64,000 nt of DNA from an uncultured delta proteobacterium (GTDB taxonomy: Bacteria; Myxococcota; Myxococcia; Myxococcales; Anaeromyxobacteraceae). Made by a program: the position numbers and the translations under genes. Where the stretch lies: the NCBI GenBank assembly GCA_963814585.1, contig CAWFDF010000004.1, positions 583,107-647,106 on the forward strand, given 5' to 3'. The notes below the pieces were generated by a model that saw nothing but the letters and a program-made list of their open reading frames with translations, did no database searches and was not told where the DNA came from. This document shows positions 50,695 to 59,133 of this stretch, in pieces (position 1 is the stretch's first letter; the number at the start of each line of letters is the position of its first letter).

Positions 50695-52071
50695 TCAGCG
50701 GGCGCCGCCGGTCTCCAGCAGCCTGACGAGCCCTCGCGCCGCCGCCGGCGCCGAGGGCTCCTCGGTCTCCGGGAACCGGCCCGCCGCCAGCAGCCCGGCC
50801 AGGTGCTCCGGCACCCGCGGGTTGCGCCACCAGTCCTCGTCGAAGCGCTCCCGCAGCGACACCCGCAGCCGCTCGCCCGCCGCGAAGCCGGCCACCCGCG
50901 CCAGCAGCGGCCCGGCCTCGGCGTCCCTGGCCGCCCGCACCCCGTCCCACGCCGCGTGGCAGGCGGCCGTGAGCGCCTCGCGGTGGGCCTGGCGCCAGCG
51001 CGCGCCCGACATCCCCCGCTCGACCTCGGTGGCCACGCGCGCGGCCGCGGCCGCGGCGCGGAGCCGGAAGAGCGCCCGCAGCGCCAGCGCCCGCAGCACC
51101 TCCGGCTGCTCCCGCCTGGAGAGCTCGAGGCGCGCCGCGAGGAACCCGGGCTCCAGCAGCAGCGTCGCGAGGAGCCACCCGAAGCCGGCCGCGAAGGTGG
51201 CGTCGCGCGACGTGGGCGGCTGGCGCGCCGAGATGGCCGAGCGCCCCGCCGCGTCGAGGAGGTCCAGCCAGTCGGGCAGGCCGCCGCGCGGCCGGAGGGC
51301 GATCCGCCCTCCCTCCGCGTGCGCCCCGGGCCAGGCCGCCACCCGGGTGGTCTCGGCGAGGCGCAGCGACCCGGCGTCCAGTCCGACGGCGGCCCCGGCC
51401 GCCCGCAGCAGCTCCGCCAGCCCCGACCTCCTGAAGAGGCCGTCGAAGGACGGGAAGGCCAGCAGGCGGAGCAGGTCCGCCCGGGTGAGGTCGCCGCGCG
51501 GCTGCGGCTGGAGGTCCAGGTCCCGGCGCGCCGCGTGGGTGAGCAGCTCGCGCCAGGCGTCCTCGGTGGCGTCGAGCAGCCCGTCGCAGGCCACCACTCC
51601 CGGCCAGTCGGGGACCAGGCCGTGCTCGGTGCGGACGCGCACCCGGACCTCGGCCGCCTGCTCGCGGTGGCGGGCGCCCGGCTCCAGCGCCTCGGCCACC
51701 GCCACGGCCAGCGCGCGCCGCCGATGGGGATCGGCCTCCCTCGCCAGCCCGGCCTCCGCCTGCGCCAGCGGCGCCGGCCCGCCCGGTCCCGGCACCAGCG
51801 CGCCGGCCTCGGCGGACCGCCAGGCCTCCTCGTGCGCCACCGAGGCTCGCTCGGCGCAGAGGCCCGAGACCACCCGCAGCAGCGCCGCCTCGCCCGCCTC
51901 GCGCAGCCTCGCCACGGTCTCCGGGTGGGTGACCTCCTCGCTCGCTGCGAAGAGGCGCGCCAGCCCGGGCGCGGGCTCGATCCCGGCGACGTGGCGGTAC
52001 CGCTCCTCCTCCAGCGCCAGCGCCAGGTGGTCGATGACGCGGGCCAGGCTGTCGCGCGCTTCGCGGTCCAT
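50695..52071 (-). CDS. Peptidase M3-like protein, zinc motif degenerate
   Basis: Helical protein ending LRERFDEDWWRNP; LLDAAGRSA lies where HExxH is expected. Confidence 0.55.
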   Translation of the reverse strand: MDREARDSLARVIDHLALALEEERYRHVAGIEPAPGLARLFAASEEVTHPETVARLREAGEAALLRVVSGLCAERASVAHEEAWRSAEAGALVPGPGGPAPLAQAEAGLAREADPHRRRALAVAVAEALEPGARHREQAAEVRVRVRTEHGLVPDWPGVVACDGLLDATEDAWRELLTHAARRDLDLQPQPRGDLTRADLLRLLAFPSFDGLFRRSGLAELLRAAGAAVGLDAGSLRLAETTRVAAWPGAHAEGGRIALRPRGGLPDWLDLLDAAGRSAISARQPPTSRDATFAAGFGWLLATLLLEPGFLAARLELSRREQPEVLRALALRALFRLRAAAAAARVATEVERGMSGARWRQAHREALTAACHAAWDGVRAARDAEAGPLLARVAGFAAGERLRVSLRERFDEDWWRNPRVPEHLAGLLAAGRFPETEEPSAPAAARGLVRLLETGGAR

Positions 52072-52112
52072 GCTAGAGAACTCCCTCCCGCGGGGTCGCG
52101 GTTCTACCTCAT

Positions 52113-52343
52113 ATGCCCATCTACGAATACGACTGCCCGAAGTGTGGACGCTTCGACGTCATCCAGAAGATGTCGTCGCGGCCCTTGAAGACCCACGACG
52201 CCTGCGGCTCGAAGGTCCGCAAGGCGGTCAGCGCCGGCTCCTTCGCGGTCAAGGGCCCGGGCGGCGCCCGGGAGGCCCCGGCCTGCGAGCGGGCCTCGCC
52301 CTCCTCGCCGGCCTGCGCCTCATGCCCGTCGGCCAGGGCCTGA
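52113..52343 (+). CDS. FmdB family zinc-ribbon protein
   Basis: MPIYEYDCPKCG...HDACGS; Cys-rich tail. Confidence 0.88.
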   Translation: MPIYEYDCPKCGRFDVIQKMSSRPLKTHDACGSKVRKAVSAGSFAVKGPGGAREAPACERASPSSPACASCPSARA

Positions 52344-52350
52344 GGCCGCC

Positions 52351-53262
52351 GTGAAGCGGCTCGACCTCGTCGCGCTGCCCGGTGACGAGGGCGAACGGCT
52401 CGACCGCTTCATCGCCGCGCGCGGCGGCATCTCGCGCGGGGCGGCGCGGCGGGCCATCGACGAGGGCGGCGTCTTCCTCGACGGGCGCCGCTGCAAGGTG
52501 GCCGGCAAGGCGATCCGGTCCGGCTACACCGTCACCGTCAACCTCGAGGAGGGCGGCCGCGCCCCGGGCACCAGCGAGCCGCTGGCGCCGGAGCGGCTGC
52601 TCTTCGCCGACGAGCACCTGGTGGCCATCGACAAGCCGGCTGGCGTCCCGGCGCAGGCCACCCTCACCTCGGATCGCGGCACGCTCCCGGAGCTGGCCGC
52701 CGCCCTGCTGGGGGCGCCGGTGACGCTGGTCCACCGGCTCGACCGCGAGACCTCTGGCGTCACCGTGCTGGCCCGCACGGCCGAGGCCACCCTGGCGCTG
52801 GCCGAGGCCTTCCGCGCCGGGGTGCCGGAGAAGACCTACCTGGCGCTCTGCCTCCGCCCGCCCTCGCCACCGGAGGGGCGCATCGAGGCCGCCATCGGCC
52901 GCGACCCTGGCCGGGCCGGCCTCCGGAAGATCTCGCCGGGCGGCGACCCTGCCGCGACGCGTTACCGGACGCTGGCGGTCGGCCACGCCGCGCTGGTCGA
53001 GGCCAGGCCGGAGACCGGGCGCACCCACCAGATCCGCGTCCACCTCGCCCACCTCGGCGCACCGCTGCTCGGCGATCCGAAGTACGGCGGCCCGCGCATG
53101 GTGGGGTCGGTGAGCGTGCCGCGGGTGATGCTCCACGCCGTCCGGCTCGAGCTGCCGCACCCGGTCACCGGCGCGCCGCTCCGCGTCGAGGCGCCGGTCC
53201 CGGGCGACTTCGCCGGGCTGGCCGCCGCGCTGGAGTGCCCGGTGCCGGGGCAGGACCGCTGA
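52351..53262 (+). CDS. RluA/RluD family pseudouridine synthase
   Basis: S4-like N-terminus (GERLDRF), IDKPAG, HRLDRETSG, TGRTHQIRVH, LLGDPKYG. Confidence 0.94.
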   Translation: MKRLDLVALPGDEGERLDRFIAARGGISRGAARRAIDEGGVFLDGRRCKVAGKAIRSGYTVTVNLEEGGRAPGTSEPLAPERLLFADEHLVAIDKPAGVPAQATLTSDRGTLPELAAALLGAPVTLVHRLDRETSGVTVLARTAEATLALAEAFRAGVPEKTYLALCLRPPSPPEGRIEAAIGRDPGRAGLRKISPGGDPAATRYRTLAVGHAALVEARPETGRTHQIRVHLAHLGAPLLGDPKYGGPRMVGSVSVPRVMLHAVRLELPHPVTGAPLRVEAPVPGDFAGLAAALECPVPGQDR

Positions 53263-53289
53263 CGCGACGGGCGGTCCTGGACGACCCCA

Positions 53290-53329
53290 TGTCTCACACG
53301 GTGACACCGTGTCCCACATGGCGACACCG
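53290..53329. promoter_or_regulatory. Tandem palindromic operator, 2 x TGTC-N9-GACA with a 20-bp period
   Basis: TGTCTCACACGGTGACACCG / TGTCCCACATGGCGACACCG, about 120-160 nt upstream of the cytochrome start. Confidence 0.72.
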
Positions 53330-53447
53330 TGCCTCCAAACGGGTTCGCGACCGCTTGCCGCAGACTCCTCCCAATGGGCGGTGCTCTACTGCTCAAGTTC
53401 CATTCCTCCGCACCCGGTACGAACAGAGCCACACAGGAGATCCCCAC

Positions 53448-55994
53448 ATGCTGAGCAAGAAGCGATTCGGCGCCGCCACGTTCCTGGCGGTGATGATGTT
53501 CGTGCTGCCCGCGTGCGAAGGCGACACCGGCGCGCCTGGTGCCAATGGCGTCGACGGCGTCGACGGCACCAACGGCACCAACGGCATCAACGGCATCAAC
53601 GGCACCAATGGCATCAACGGCACCAACGGCACCAACGGCACGGTCGCCGTCGCCACGGTCGAGTCCTGCGCCGGCTGTCACAACGCGGGCCTCCCCGCCA
53701 CCCACGTCCGGCCGAACCAGGTGGCGATCAGCGGCGTGGCCGTCGGCAACTCGATCGACAACCTCGACCTCACGGTCTCCTTCAACGTCAAGGTCGACGG
53801 CGTCAATGCCAACGACTTCACGCACGTGGCGGGCGTCTACGCCTGGGTCTACAACACCGCCGGCGACTACGGCCTGCGCGGGTCGGTCAACCTCCTGAGC
53901 AACCCGGTCGTGGTGACCTCCACCTACAACGGCAACTACACGGCCACCATCCCCGGCTACGGCCCGGCTGGACCCAACGCCCTCCAGGCGCCCTTCGACG
54001 CGACCAGCCTCATGGTCCGGGTCGATGACGGCAACAGCCAGCCCCAGGCCACCGTCGTGGCCCATTACACCTCGACCGGCGCGATGGCCGGCGTCCGCGT
54101 GAACAACCAGGCCTGCATCAACTGCCACGGCGACCGCGTGTTCTCCAGCCTCAACGCCCTGGGGGTGCCGAACGGCCACCACAGCGCCAACCCCATCGGC
54201 GTCGAGGCCTGCATCATCTGCCACGATCGCGACAACGCCGAGACCCGTCTGGGCGGCCTCGGGACGCGGCTGATGGGCTATGTGCACGGCATCCACAACT
54301 CGCACAACATGCCGGGCGCCTTCTCCACCAACAGCATCGCGATCCCCGGCGGCGCCTACTACCGGAACGGCAGCGCCACCAGCACCTTCTCCATCGGCTT
54401 CCCCGGCTACATGAACAACTGCTCCACCTGCCACACGGCGGCGGCCCTCACCCAGATCGCCGCCATGCCGGTGGCCTGGAAGAACTGCATGTCCTGCCAC
54501 GTCGGCCCGCCCACGGCCGTCGGCTCCCCGGCGCAGACCGTGGCCGCCGGCTTCGCCTGGGGCGGCTTCGGCGTCGCGAACTCCGGGACCAACGCGGTGC
54601 CGGCGTTCCTCTTCGGCGGCATCAACCACGCCGCCTATGACTCGACGACGCCGCAGACGACCTGCGACGGCTGCCACAACGGCTCGATCGCCCCGGCCAC
54701 GCTGGCCGGCTTCCACAACGGCCTCCTCACCGAGCGCGCCGGCGTCATCTGGGACGGCGCCGACCAGTCGGTCGTGGTCGGCAAGACGTTCGACATGCAG
54801 ATCACCGGCGTCACCGCCGGCACCAACACCCTCACGGTGACGTGGACCGTCAACGTCGGCGGCACGGCCGTGGATCCCTGCAACATCGACGTCGCGGTGG
54901 GGCCGGTCTTCGTCGGCGCCGTGGCCAACGCCGCCACGGGCCAGGTCGCGAGCAACATGAGCATCCTGAAGGCCTACGCCCAGGGCAACGACTGGGTGAA
55001 CGCGGGCCAGACCGGCACGGTCTCGCCGGGCCAGCCGACCAACGTGGCCCTCACGACCACCAACACCACCTGCGCCGCCAACGTGGCCACCAGCGTGGTG
55101 GCGAACGACCTCTACACCACCGCCACCAAGGGCACGGTCGCCCTCCAGGGCAAGCCGCAGGTGCGCTTCACGCCGGCCATCGGCACGGCCAACGAGGTCA
55201 TGCGGGTCCGCGCCAAGAGCCCGACCCGCGAGTTCCTGGTGGCCAGCGGCGCCCCGCCCGCCGCGGCCGACCTGCGCCGGCCCATCGTCGACGTGAACAA
55301 GTGCCTGTCCTGCCACCTCGGCACCCTGTACCAGCACGGCGGCAACCGCGTGGACGCCACCGACCTGTGCGTCACCTGCCACAACCCGGCGGCCAACGAG
55401 AAGAACGTCCGGGTCACCATGGGCGTGGACGCCAGCGAGGCCTATGACGGCAAGGTGGGCGAGACCTACGATCTCCGGACCATGGTCCACGCCATCCACT
55501 CGGCCGGTGAGTCGGATCAGCCGCTGGTGTACTACCGCACCAACGGCGTCTACTTCTTCGGCTCCAAGGCGGCGCTGGCCAGGGTCGCCAACTGGCCGGG
55601 CACGGGCTGCTTCCCGGTGGCGGGCTCCAACGCCCCGGCCGGCACCGACTGCGCCACCAGCACCACCGGCGCGGCCATGAAGAACCACAACTTCATCGAG
55701 ATCCACTACCCGCGGCCGCTGAGCGACTGCGGAGCCTGCCACGTCGCCGGCTGGACGCCGAGCGCGGTGGACGGCTCGCAGGCCGTCGGCCTCACCGTCG
55801 ACCCGGGCGCTGCGCCGTGGGGCAACCAGCTCGACGACGTGCTCATGGGGCCCACCGCGGCCTCCTGCATGAGCTGCCACCAGTCGGGCGACGCCACCAC
55901 GCAGTTCTACCTGCGCACGCACGCCTACGGCGGGGGCTGGCTCCCCACGACGTTCGTGGACGGCCGCCAGACGCTGCTCGACGCCGTTCCGTAG
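53448..55994 (+). CDS. OmcA/MtrC-family decaheme c-type cytochrome lipoprotein
   Basis: AGGAG RBS, lipobox LPAC, 10 CxxCH motifs (CAGCH, CINCH, CIICH, CSTCH, CMSCH, CDGCH, CLSCH, CVTCH, CGACH, CMSCH); RRPIVD..KC, HGGNR, MVHAIH, HYP motifs. Confidence 0.9.
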   Translation: MLSKKRFGAATFLAVMMFVLPACEGDTGAPGANGVDGVDGTNGTNGINGINGTNGINGTNGTNGTVAVATVESCAGCHNAGLPATHVRPNQVAISGVAVGNSIDNLDLTVSFNVKVDGVNANDFTHVAGVYAWVYNTAGDYGLRGSVNLLSNPVVVTSTYNGNYTATIPGYGPAGPNALQAPFDATSLMVRVDDGNSQPQATVVAHYTSTGAMAGVRVNNQACINCHGDRVFSSLNALGVPNGHHSANPIGVEACIICHDRDNAETRLGGLGTRLMGYVHGIHNSHNMPGAFSTNSIAIPGGAYYRNGSATSTFSIGFPGYMNNCSTCHTAAALTQIAAMPVAWKNCMSCHVGPPTAVGSPAQTVAAGFAWGGFGVANSGTNAVPAFLFGGINHAAYDSTTPQTTCDGCHNGSIAPATLAGFHNGLLTERAGVIWDGADQSVVVGKTFDMQITGVTAGTNTLTVTWTVNVGGTAVDPCNIDVAVGPVFVGAVANAATGQVASNMSILKAYAQGNDWVNAGQTGTVSPGQPTNVALTTTNTTCAANVATSVVANDLYTTATKGTVALQGKPQVRFTPAIGTANEVMRVRAKSPTREFLVASGAPPAAADLRRPIVDVNKCLSCHLGTLYQHGGNRVDATDLCVTCHNPAANEKNVRVTMGVDASEAYDGKVGETYDLRTMVHAIHSAGESDQPLVYYRTNGVYFFGSKAALARVANWPGTGCFPVAGSNAPAGTDCATSTTGAAMKNHNFIEIHYPRPLSDCGACHVAGWTPSAVDGSQAVGLTVDPGAAPWGNQLDDVLMGPTAASCMSCHQSGDATTQFYLRTHAYGGGWLPTTFVDGRQTLLDAVP
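53520..53645 (+). repeat. 9-bp tandem repeat encoding collagen-like (Gly-X-Y)14
   Basis: ggcaccaac/ggcatcaac units; GDT GAP GAN GVD GVD GTN GTN GIN GIN GTN GIN GTN GTN GTV. Confidence 0.9.
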
Positions 55995-56008
55995 CGACAT
56001 GAGGTGAC

Positions 56009-56066
56009 GAAGGGCTCCGGCCCTTCAGCGAACACCGGGGCGGGGGCGCGCGAGCGCTCCCGCCCT
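56009..56066. terminator. Two hairpins between convergent genes (cytochrome / GT2)
   Basis: GAAGGGC-TCCG-GCCCTTC (56009-56026), then GGGCGGGGGCGC-GCGA-GCGCTCCCGCCC followed by TTCT. Confidence 0.65.
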
Positions 56067-56089
56067 TCTCCGTCCTGGCGACGGGCCGC

Positions 56090-57094
56090 TCAGGCCACGC
56101 AGCGGTAGTCGCGCAGCTCCACGAACCCGCGCTTGTCGAGCTCGGCCCGGATCAGCTCGCGGGCGCCGGCCGCCCCCACCGCCACCAGCAGCGGCAGGCC
56201 GCGCAGCCGCCCCACCTCCTCGAAGGAGTGGACCGGGGCACCGCGGATGGTCCGCCCCACCTTCTTGCGGTCCACCTCGACGAAGGCGACGACGCGGATC
56301 CCGGCGCGCAGCAGGCCGTCGGCGAAGGCCCGCCCGGTCTCGCCGGCCCCCCACAGCGCCACCTCGGCCACCCCCCGCAGCGGGCCGCTGGCCAGCGCGC
56401 CGCACTTCAGGGCCACGTGCCGGTCGAGCCCGTAGCGGGGATCGGTCCGGGTGAGCCGGGCCGGGCCCTCGCGCCAGTCGAGCAGCGTGGCCGGCAGGTT
56501 CACCATCTCGAGGCGGTGGGCCGCCAGCCGGAGCCAGAGGTCGTAGTCCTCGGGGAAGTCCCCGGCCCGCCAGCCCCCCACCGTCGCCAGCGCCGAACGC
56601 CGCAGCAGCGTGGCCGGATGGGCCAGCGGCGCCTCGACGAACAGGTCGCGCGCCACCAGCCCGGGCGTGGTGAGCGAGTTGAGCCAGCCCGCGTAACGCC
56701 GCATCCCGTCGCGCACCTGCCGGCGTGGGAAGAGCCGGACGCGCGCGCCCACCACCGCCAGCGACGGCTCGGCGTCGAGCGCCGCCACCTGCGCCTCGAG
56801 CCGTCCGGGCCAGGAGACGTCGTCCGCGTCCATGCGCGCCACCAGCTCGGAGTCGCTGGCGGTGAGGGCCCGGTCGAGGGCCAGGGCGATCCCCTCCCCG
56901 GGGCCGCGCAGCACGCGCACGCGCCGGTCCCGCGCGGCCAGCCGGTCCAGCACCGCGGCGGTGGCGTCGGTGGAGCCGTCGTCGACGGCGATGAGGGTGA
57001 GGTCCCGGTAGGTCCCGCGCAGGACGGAGACGGCCGCCGCGTGCACGGTGGCGGCGGCGTTGCGGACCGGGAGGAGGACGGCGACCCTGGCCAT
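56090..57094 (-). CDS. Glycosyltransferase family 2 with C-terminal Rossmann-like domain
   Basis: VLLPVRNA, VDDGSTD, ARMDADD, EDYDLWLR; WGAGETG. Confidence 0.9.
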   Translation of the reverse strand: MARVAVLLPVRNAAATVHAAAVSVLRGTYRDLTLIAVDDGSTDATAAVLDRLAARDRRVRVLRGPGEGIALALDRALTASDSELVARMDADDVSWPGRLEAQVAALDAEPSLAVVGARVRLFPRRQVRDGMRRYAGWLNSLTTPGLVARDLFVEAPLAHPATLLRRSALATVGGWRAGDFPEDYDLWLRLAAHRLEMVNLPATLLDWREGPARLTRTDPRYGLDRHVALKCGALASGPLRGVAEVALWGAGETGRAFADGLLRAGIRVVAFVEVDRKKVGRTIRGAPVHSFEEVGRLRGLPLLVAVGAAGARELIRAELDKRGFVELRDYRCVA

Positions 57095-57118
57095 CCGTGG
57101 GGTGGGCGAGGCGCGCGC

Positions 57119-57562
57119 CTAGGACTTCGGGCGCGCGCCGATCTCGGCGCAGAGCCACTCGGCGGCGAGGATGTAGCCGCGCACGCCGAGGCCGGTGATC
57201 TGCCCGCGGCAGGCCCCGGCCACGATGCTCCTGCGCCGGAACTCCTCGCGGGCGTGGATGTTCGAGATGTGGACCTCGACCACCGGCGCGCTCACCGACT
57301 TCAGGCAGTCGTAGAGGGCGATGCTGGTGTGGGTGTAGGCGCCGGGGTTGATGATGATGCCGCGCGCCTCGTGCCGGTGTTCCTGGATGAAGTCGATGAG
57401 GCCGCCTTCGTGGTTCGACTGGCCCACCTTCACCGGCACGCCCCAGGCGTCGCAGGCGTTGCGGAGCATCTGCTCGATCTCGGCCAGCGTGGTCGAGCCG
57501 TAGATCTCCGGCTCGCGCTCGCCGAGCAGGTTCAGGTTGGGGCCGTGGACGAGGAGGATCAT
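57119..57562 (-). CDS. aroQ: Type II 3-dehydroquinate dehydratase
   Basis: HGPNLNLLGEREPEIYG, QSNHEG, INPGAYTHTS, EVHISNIHARE. Confidence 0.97.
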   Translation of the reverse strand: MILLVHGPNLNLLGEREPEIYGSTTLAEIEQMLRNACDAWGVPVKVGQSNHEGGLIDFIQEHRHEARGIIINPGAYTHTSIALYDCLKSVSAPVVEVHISNIHAREEFRRRSIVAGACRGQITGLGVRGYILAAEWLCAEIGARPKS

Positions 57563-57624
57563 GGGGTGGACCCTAGCCGCTCGGAGGTGGGGCGTCGAGG
57601 GACACCAATGGGGGCCGCCCGCAC

Positions 57625-59133
57625 TCACTTCACCGTGAGCGGCCCGAGCTTCAGCGCCTCGAGCTTCTCCTGCGCCTCGGCGCGGGGACCGACCACGATC
57701 ACCGGCATGCGCCCCGGCCGGATCCAGGCCCTGGCCACCCGGGCCACGTCGGCCGCCTCCACCCTGGCGATGCGGCCGGGCAGCTGGGCGTACCAGTCGT
57801 AGGGCAGGCCGAGGGCGGTCGCCGACGCCAGCGAGCCGGCCACCGCGTCGTTGGTCTCCAGCGCCACCGGCAGGCCACGGATCAGCGCCTCCTTGGCGCG
57901 CTGCAGCTCCCCCTCGCGCAGCTCGCCGCTGGCCATGTCCGCCAGCTCCCTCTCGAACTCGGCCACCGACTCGGCGGTGAACCTGGCCTGCAGCCCGCCA
58001 GCCGCCACCAGCCAGCCGCGGTCGCTGTCGAGGCGCAGCGACGAGCGGACGCCGTAGCTGTACCCCTTGGTCTCGCGCAGGTTGAGGTTGAGCCGGCTGC
58101 CGAAGAGGCCGCCCAGCACGTTGTTGAGCACCTGCATGGGGATCCGGTCGGGGTGGCTGGCCGGGAACAGCTCGCCCACCACCCAGACTTGCGACTGGGA
58201 GGCGGCCGGCTTGTCCACCAGGGTGACGCTCCGCGCCGCCAGGGGCGGGTAGGCCGGCCGCTTCGGCTCGGCCCCGCGCCGGCTCCTCCAGCCGGCCAGC
58301 TTCCGGTCGAGCAGCGCCTTCACCTCGGCCGCGCCGACGTCGCCGGCCACCGAGACGATGGCGGTCCTGGGATCGTAGAAGGCGGCGTGGAAGGCCTTCA
58401 GGTCGGCGACGGTGATGGCCTGGATGCTCTCCGGCGTCCCGCCCGAGGGCCGGCCGCGCGGGTGCCGCTCGCCGTAGACCAGGCGCGCCGCCTCGTCGGC
58501 CGCCAGCGCCTGCGGGGTGGCCTTCTTCTGCTGGAGCCCGGTGAGCCGGATGCCGCGCACCCGCTCCACGTCGTCGGCACGGAAGGCGGGCGTCAGCAGC
58601 GCCTCGCCCAGCAGGTCGAGCGCCTCGGGGAGGGTCTCGGTCAGGCAGTTGAGCCGCAGCCGGGCCGACTCCAGGTCGGCGCTGGCGGAGAGGCGCGCCG
58701 CCAGGTCCTCGACCCGGGCGGCGAACTCCAGTGCTGGCCGCCTGGCCGACCCCTCGGTGAGCAGGTCGGCGGTGAAGCCGGCCAGGCCCCCCTTGGCGGC
58801 CGGCTCCTGGTCGACGCCGGCCCGGACCACGATCTCGATGGAGACCAGCGGCACGGCCCGGTTCTCCACCACCAGCAACCGGGCGCCGTTGGCCAGCGCG
58901 GCCACCCTGGGGACCGGGGCCTGGAAGCGCGGCTCGCCCGGCGCCGCGGCCGGCTTGGAGGCGCGGAACGGGGCGTCGGGGGTCTCCGGCACCGGGGCGG
59001 CCACCGGGGCCGGCTGCACCGGCGCCGCGGCCACCGCCGGCTCGGCGGGCTTCACGGGCCGTGACGCGCAGGCCAGGGAGGAGAGCAGGGCGGCGGCGAG
59101 GGCGAGGGTCCGGATCATCGGGGTGGCGCTCAC
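57625..59133 (-). CDS. M16 peptidase-like lipoprotein (non-catalytic subunit)
   Basis: Lipobox SLAC; LANG, LGGLFGSRLNLNLRETKGYSYG (R/Y pair); no HxxEH. Confidence 0.88.
   Translation of the reverse strand: MSATPMIRTLALAAALLSSLACASRPVKPAEPAVAAAPVQPAPVAAPVPETPDAPFRASKPAAAPGEPRFQAPVPRVAALANGARLLVVENRAVPLVSIEIVVRAGVDQEPAAKGGLAGFTADLLTEGSARRPALEFAARVEDLAARLSASADLESARLRLNCLTETLPEALDLLGEALLTPAFRADDVERVRGIRLTGLQQKKATPQALAADEAARLVYGERHPRGRPSGGTPESIQAITVADLKAFHAAFYDPRTAIVSVAGDVGAAEVKALLDRKLAGWRSRRGAEPKRPAYPPLAARSVTLVDKPAASQSQVWVVGELFPASHPDRIPMQVLNNVLGGLFGSRLNLNLRETKGYSYGVRSSLRLDSDRGWLVAAGGLQARFTAESVAEFERELADMASGELREGELQRAKEALIRGLPVALETNDAVAGSLASATALGLPYDWYAQLPGRIARVEAADVARVARAWIRPGRMPVIVVGPRAEAQEKLEALKLGPLTVK

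Noticed and set aside
53520..53645. Short tandem repeats as a possible CRISPR array
   Set aside because: 9-bp in-frame coding units without spacers; no cas genes.
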